A stretch of 54,589 bases of DNA from Phyllobates terribilis (taxonomy: Eukaryota), in assembly GCF_046119375.1 (NCBI RefSeq), contig NW_027367824.1, positions 1 to 54,589 of the forward strand, written 5' to 3'. The notes below the pieces were generated by a model. That model saw only the letters and a program-made list of their open reading frames with translations, made no database searches and had not been told where the DNA came from. The position numbers and the translations under genes were made by a program. Shown piece by piece: positions 48,084 to 54,589 of the stretch (position 1 is its first letter; each line of letters starts with the position of its first letter).

Positions 48084-51000
48084 AAACAAATTCAGTTATT
48101 GTTAATCGAGTAGGTTGACTTTGACGTAGAAGTCCAATCCCATTTCTCATGTTCTATTTATGTCATTTCAGTATATAGCCATTCAAATATCATATATACT
48201 TCTCTAAGCTAATTTATCAACTATGAAAAAGTGTAGTTGACCTTCAATTGAAAATTGAGTGTCATCAGTGGTTGGCTTCTCCAATTCACATAGATTTTTG
48301 TGAAACTATGTAAAGATTCGAACTTATGAGACGTTTGTGCATAAGGGTTTATATATATGCATACTCATCCATCTCCTAGTATAATGGCGAGATATTGTTT
48401 ATGTCGAATACAGGTTGATTCGGACTCTGAAGATGCGAAGAACTGTCACTCTTTAGTTTAAGGTAAGATGATTCTTACTTCTTTTTACATATTTTTATCG
48501 TTATATGATCATAAGTATATTCTTATTTCAATCATATTGTCTAAGTACATGCATTGGATGCCTCGGCATGACTGAGATTGCTAGTGATTGATGATTAATA
48601 GTTAGTGGATGATTGTTGATTGATCGGTTATGAGGATAGCGCTTCTCTTCATAATTGGGACAATGCGATGATAGCCTTACCGACCATGTATAGGGTGTGA
48701 TCTTATGTTGGTTTAAGACCAAAGCAAATAGTGAAAGTCCCATCTTGAATATGTGATTCCGGATAATGATTGAACGGTTATAAGGTTGGCATTGCTCCTC
48801 ATAACTGGGCTAGTGTGATGATAGTCTCACCGACCACGTATAGGGTGTTGCCTTACGTTGGTGTAAGGTCAAAACCGATGGTGAAAGTCCCATCTATTAG
48901 TCTATTGATGGATAGTGGGGGTTATCAAGAGCTTTAAGTGATGTTAGAATTGATTTAAACCTATTATGTGATAAAATATAGTGATATTTGATGAGTAATA
49001 GTATATATAGGTGTTTGATGATTCTTGCTAGTCTTTCATTAGACTAACCCAATCTTGGATTGGTTGGATGGTGATTCAAATCCACTAGTCGTCAGGTCTT
49101 TGCATGTTCAAAGTAGCAGGGAGGTGTCCGATCACACTTCAACTTTTTCAGTTACAGGGTTTTTGTTTCGTTTAACACTTTTGAATATTGTATATAATTC
49201 AAGTCTATTTTCGTAGTGACTTTCTTATCATGTAGTGTGATATGAATTTTGGAGAAACTATTACTATTACATTTTGGAAAACATCATTAAAAGCATGGTA
49301 GATCTTATTGGTCTGCGATATTGTGACACCTAAGATTCGGGATGTTATAGAAATTGGTATCAGAGCCAGGTTGTTTTCAAAAATGTTTTAAAATGGTTTT
49401 GACAAAAATGTGATCAGGACTCCTGATGCTACCTGCAAGTAAGGTTTATTTTAGTTAAGCGTTACTTATCATAGAGTACTAATAAGAAATTATGTTCGGA
49501 ATGGTTCCGAATGTTGGGCGAGGTCGAGGGCGGGGTCGAGCATGTGGGCATGGGAGAGAATGAGTCCCCCAAGCTCAACCTCAAGAGGGAGATGCCGGTA
49601 TCCAAGTGGCTAATGATTTTGTAGGGAGACAAGAGATTCCTATTGGATCACCTTCAGTGCTGTCCTAGGGGCACTGACCCAGGAACATTTGTTGTATTAC
49701 AACAACTAGAGACTTAAGTTGTACAAGCAACAATGGATCAAGTGACTGTGCCACAACCGATGCCAACTCTCAGCCAGATTATGCGGGCCAACAACATCAA
49801 GAGCCTTCATTGTTGCACGAGGGTTTAACAGGTACATGGAAGTTGTGTCAAGAATAAAGTCTCCTACTTTTGATGGTTCTGTTGAACCTACTACTGTGAT
49901 GTTTTGGTTGAATTGAATTAATAGGTTGTTTAAGGGTGTGAGGTGTCCAGCTAGTGAGAAGGTTGCAATTGCTACCTACTATATTATTGATGATGCTAGT
50001 GATTGGTGGGACACTACTCATCCTAATAATCATGAGGCTTCTTGGGATGAGTTCAAGACGAAGTTAGAGGACATATACTTTCTTGAAGCCTTGATGGATG
50101 CCAAATTGCATGAGTTCCAGTACCCGGAAAATGAAGGATTAAAGTTACACCAACTAGATGCAAAGTTTAATAAGTTATTGAAGTATGCTACTTCTGTTAT
50201 CAAGGATGAGAAAGACAAGATCAAGAACTTTCATAGATGGTTGTATCATGAGATAAAACCTTTGATGTCGATACACAGTTGTACAACACTGAGCAGTATA
50301 TTGATGAGTGCTTGGCTATGAAGGCTTCTATTGATGAATCTAATCAGATTATTGATTCTCACGTCGGTAAGAAGAAAAAGACTCATACTGTAGCTGGAGA
50401 AGGTGGGTCTCACAACAATGGTTTTAAGAGGCCATTCTCTAATTTGGGAAGTGCTGAAAATAATGGCAACAACAAGCCAACTCAGAGTGGTGGTTCACAG
50501 ATGACAGTCGGTTTCCAATCATCAGGAGCCCAACCAGGGTGTCTAGAGTTGCACCTCGTTGCTTTCATTGTGGTGATCCTCAACACAAGAAGACCGACTG
50601 TACAAGCCACATCACACTTTCTATAAATGTGGGAAAGTTGGATACCTTTTTTTTGTTGGAAACAAGGGATAATTCCGGAGCAGTCCCAAGCATCTTTGCC
50701 CGCTTATCGCGCACCCCAGAATCAAAATCAACCTACACTAGTTCAATATCAGCAGAACAACAATGGGAACAAGGGTAAAAAACAAGTTGGTGGGCATCGA
50801 ACACCACAATTTTATGATACGAGGAAAGTTGATGAGCATGATGCGCCGAACCACATGTACCATCCTTATTCAATTTGAGCCAGTCTATTTTTTATTTGAT
50901 TCTGGTGCTACTCATTCATTTATTGTTGAGAGTTGTGTTGATAGGATTGGACTAGTATGTGATATAGAGTGTGAACCTTTTGTTGTTGGGTTGTCTAATG

Positions 51001-54000
51001 TTGATAAACTAGTTGGGACTAGGGTAATTAAAAACTTTCCTACCCTTATAAGGGGTATGGTTGGGTGACCTAATTGATATCAGAATGTTGCATTACAATA
51101 TCATTCTGGGAAGAGATTGGCTTTCTCGTCATGGTTTTACTCTTGATTTTACGAGTAAAACAGTAACAATGATGACAGATGAAGGCTCGCTGCATGTTTT
51201 TTAGGGTCATGATCCCAATGACTCGAGCAGAATCGTTACTGAGGTGTCAGAAGTGAGATTATTAAGATAAGGTTGTGCTAGCTATGTGTGTTATGATTTG
51301 GAAGAGAAGAAATGCAGGGTGCAGTTAGATGATATTTGTATTGTGCGGGACAAACCAGATTTATTTTCAGAGAAATTGCCAGGGCTAGCACCGAGACAAG
51401 ATGTTGATTTTAGTATTGGGTTAGAACCCAAAATTGTCCCGATATCTCGAGCTCCATACATAATGGCACCAGTGGAGATGTTGGAATTGAAGAAGCAGTT
51501 CGAAGAACTTTCTGAACTGGATTTTCTAGACCTAGCATATCATCGTGGGGAGCACCAATTTTGTTTGTCAAGAAAAAGGATGGTTCATTTCGAATCTGTA
51601 TTGACTATAGGGACTTGAACAAGGTGACAATCAAGAACAAATATGCACTCCCTCGTATTGACGATCTGATAAACCAATTGCAAGGAGCTACAGTCTTTTT
51701 GAAGATTGATTTGAGATCTAGATATCGTTAACTAAGGATACGAGAAGAGGATATTCACAAGACTCTCTTCAGGACACGTTATGTCCATTATGAATTTTCG
51801 GTGATGCCATTCGGGTTGACTAATGCTCCAGATGTCTTTATGGACTTAATGAATCAATGCTCAAGGAGTATTTAGACCGCTTTGTAGTGGTCTTCATTGA
51901 TGATATATTGGTCTATTAACGAAGTAAGGAGGAGCATGAGATGCACCTCAAGCCAGTACTTGATGTGTTGAGGGAACAACTACTATATGCAAAGTTATCA
52001 AAATGTGACTTTTGGTTACCTGAAGTGGCATTTCTAGGCCATGTAATCTCCAAGGAAGGAGCGATGGTAGATTTGCAAAAGAGAGAGGCTTTTGCAGGTT
52101 GGAGACATCCTCATAATGTTAAGGAGGTTAGAAGTATCCTTGGGCTTATAGGTTATTATAGACGGTTTGTGGAAGGGTTCTCTAAAATTGTCCAACCACT
52201 AACTAGTTTATTATGCTGGAAAAAGAAGTTCGAATGGGACACGAGATGTCAGAAGTGTTTTAAAGAGCTTAAAAGATGACTAACTAATGCACAGACAGTA
52301 GCCTTACCACAGGGAACTGAAGGATTTGATGTATATAGTGATGCTTCTAAGAAAGGATTGGGTTGTGTTATAATGAAGAATGGAAAGGTTATTTCATATG
52401 TCTCATGTCAGCTCAAACATTATGAGGTTAATTATCCCATGCATGATCTTGAGCTTGTAGATGTAGTCTTTGCGCTTAAGATCTGGCGACACTATCTATA
52501 TGGGGTAAGATGCCCAATCTTTAACAGATCACAAGAGCTTGGAGTATATTTTTACTCAAAGAGAGTTGAACATGAGACAAAGAAGATATTTGGAGTTGAT
52601 TAAATATTATTATATCGATATTCTCTACCACCCGGGAAAGGCTAACGTGGTAGAAGATGCTTTGAGTAGGAAGTCAAGTCCAGAGAATTTGATCGATTGT
52701 CTAATGACTCAGCCAAAATTATGACAAGATATGTTGAGGAATAACATAGAAGTTTTCTTTAAGAAGGATCATATTCAATTAAATGTGATGGAAATCCATT
52801 CAACACTAGTAGAGATGATCAAGGAGAAGCAACCTTATGACCCAGTCTTGAGTAGGATATGCATGGACATTACTCAAGGAAAGGCCCCTGGATTCTTGAT
52901 TCGTGATGATGGGATATTGATATTTCAGATGCGGTTTTGTGTGCCAGTTGATAGGGAGCTCAGAGACATAATCCTTATAGAAGTTCACTCTTTGGAATTT
53001 TCCGTACATCCATGAGCCAGTAAGATGTACAAGGATTTGAGGAGTAGTTATTAGTGGAGTAACATGAAGCAAGAAGTTGCAGAGTATGTGTCTAGGTGTT
53101 TAACGTGTTAGCATGTTAAGATTGAACACCAAAGGCCAGCTGGTGAATTACAACCACTTCCTATTCCTGAATGGAAGTGGGAGGATATTGTTATGGACTT
53201 TGTTGTCCGTCTTCCAAGATCAAAGAAGGGAAATGATACTATATGGGTCGTCGTTGATTGCTTAACAAAATTTGCGCAATTTTTAGCACTTAATTCGGAA
53301 CTTGATTCGGACTTTGGAGATTCGAAGAATTGTTACTCTTTAGTTTAAGGCAAGATGATTCTTGCTTATTCTTATATAATTTTATTGTTATATGGTTCTA
53401 AGTATATCATTATTTCAATTATGTTGTCTAAGTACAATCGTTGAATGCCTCAGCATGACTGAGGTTGGTAGTGATTGATGATTAATAGTTAGTGAATGAT
53501 TGTTGATTGATCGGTTACGAGGATGACGTTGCTCCTCATAACTGGGTCAGTGTGATGATAGCCTTACCGACCACATATAGGGTGTGGCCTTACGTTGGTT
53601 TAAGGCCAAATCAGATGGTGAGAGTCCCATATTGAGTATGTGATTCTAGATATTGACTGGACGGTTATGAGGATGGCACTGCTCCTCATAACTGGGCTAG
53701 TGTGATGATTGTGTCACCGACCACTTATAGGGTGTGGCCTTACATTGGTTTAAGGCCAAAACCGATGATGAAAGTCCCATCTATTAGTATATTGATGGAT
53801 AATGGGGTTATCAAGAGATTTAAGTGATGTTAGAATTGATATAAACTTATTATGTGATAAAATCTAATGATATTTGATGAGTAAGAGTATAAATAGGCTT
53901 TTGATTATTCTTTCTAGTCTTTCATTAGACTAACTCAATCTTAGATTTGTCCTTGGTTAGTTGGTGATTCAAATCCACTAGTCACCAGGTCTTCACAGGT

Positions 54001-54248
54001 TCAACAATAGCAGGGATGTCTCCGATCACAGTTCTCAGCTAAAGGGTTATGTGTCATTTCACACTTCTGAATACTTTATGTAATTCAGGTATATTTCTGT
54101 TGTGACTTTCTTATCATGTAGTGCGACATGAATTTTGGAGAAACTATTTACTATTTTATTTAACTAGTTTATTTGGAAGACTTCATTAAAATCCTGGTTG
54201 ATCTTATTGGTCTACGACACTGTGACACCTAAGATTCAGGGTGTTACA
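48084..54248 (+). mobile_element. Ty3/gypsy LTR retrotransposon, Tekay/Del-like chromovirus, heavily decayed and internally deleted
   Basis: 5' LTR ends at 49349 (true start not found); PBS TGGTATCAGAGCC at 49355-49367. Gag, PR (LFDSGATHSF), RT ([21 protein letters not shown]), RH and the integrase start occur in gypsy order. The 3' LTR remnant 53302-54248 ends GGGTGTTACA and matches 48415-49349. Confidence 0.88.
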
Positions 54249-54589
54249 ATTTTTAAGGTTAATTAATGCACCAATTTCACTCAAATATGGGATTTTAAGA
54301 CCGAGTACTTTGTCACCATCTTCTCAAAGTTGAAATTGATCATCATGAGTACTTATTAAGCGAAGGACCATAGGTGAACGTAATGGTGTGCTTTGTCAAT
54401 GTAAAATATTTTCAATACCTTATCGATGTAATTTGTTTGATGGATAAATATTCCATCTTTCAAATATTCAATTTGTAAACCGAGACAGAATTTGGTTCAT
54501 CCTAAATCTTTCATTTCAAATTCTAATTAAGTATTTTGCAGGATTCTCAAGTTTGTTGGTTGTTTATCGATAATGTTTAAGTTATCTAC

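Noticed and set aside
200-53072. The many short antisense or alternate-frame ORFs in the ORF track
   Set aside because: They overlap real genes or TE polyprotein fragments, or are low-complexity, and show no recognisable motifs.

Overview
Eudicot plant nuclear DNA, not prokaryotic; no CRISPR or rRNA features were found. Bases 1-16.5 kb are a gene island: the 3' part of a P-class PPR gene, a hierarchical 21-bp AT-rich minisatellite headed by a tRNA-like sequence, a 6-exon plastid Nudix hydrolase (NUDT26-like), an intronless GT4 glycosyltransferase, an 8-exon peroxisomal uricase ending in SKL, and several MITEs. From 83 bp upstream of the uricase ATG onward the window is almost entirely transposable elements: an L1 LINE with poly(A) and TSD, a Bianca-like Ty1/copia, a second decayed L1, an unclassified block with a zf-GRF pseudogene, a Sirevirus-like copia (TSD CACAT), and a decayed Tekay-like Ty3/gypsy. 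The copia 3' LTR is split by a 6.7-kb non-autonomous CACTA element. That CACTA is the most notable object: it has no visible transposase but carries intron-containing fragments of at least three unrelated host genes (importin-5, an At5g58100-like protein, a PPR protein), with a templated-filler patchwork at one capture junction. Homolog and lineage names come from recall of protein motifs and no searches were run. Splice models and repeat identities were derived by eye. I see no firm evidence of a wholly new biological system; the best leads are the Pack-CACTA and the tRNA-headed minisatellite.
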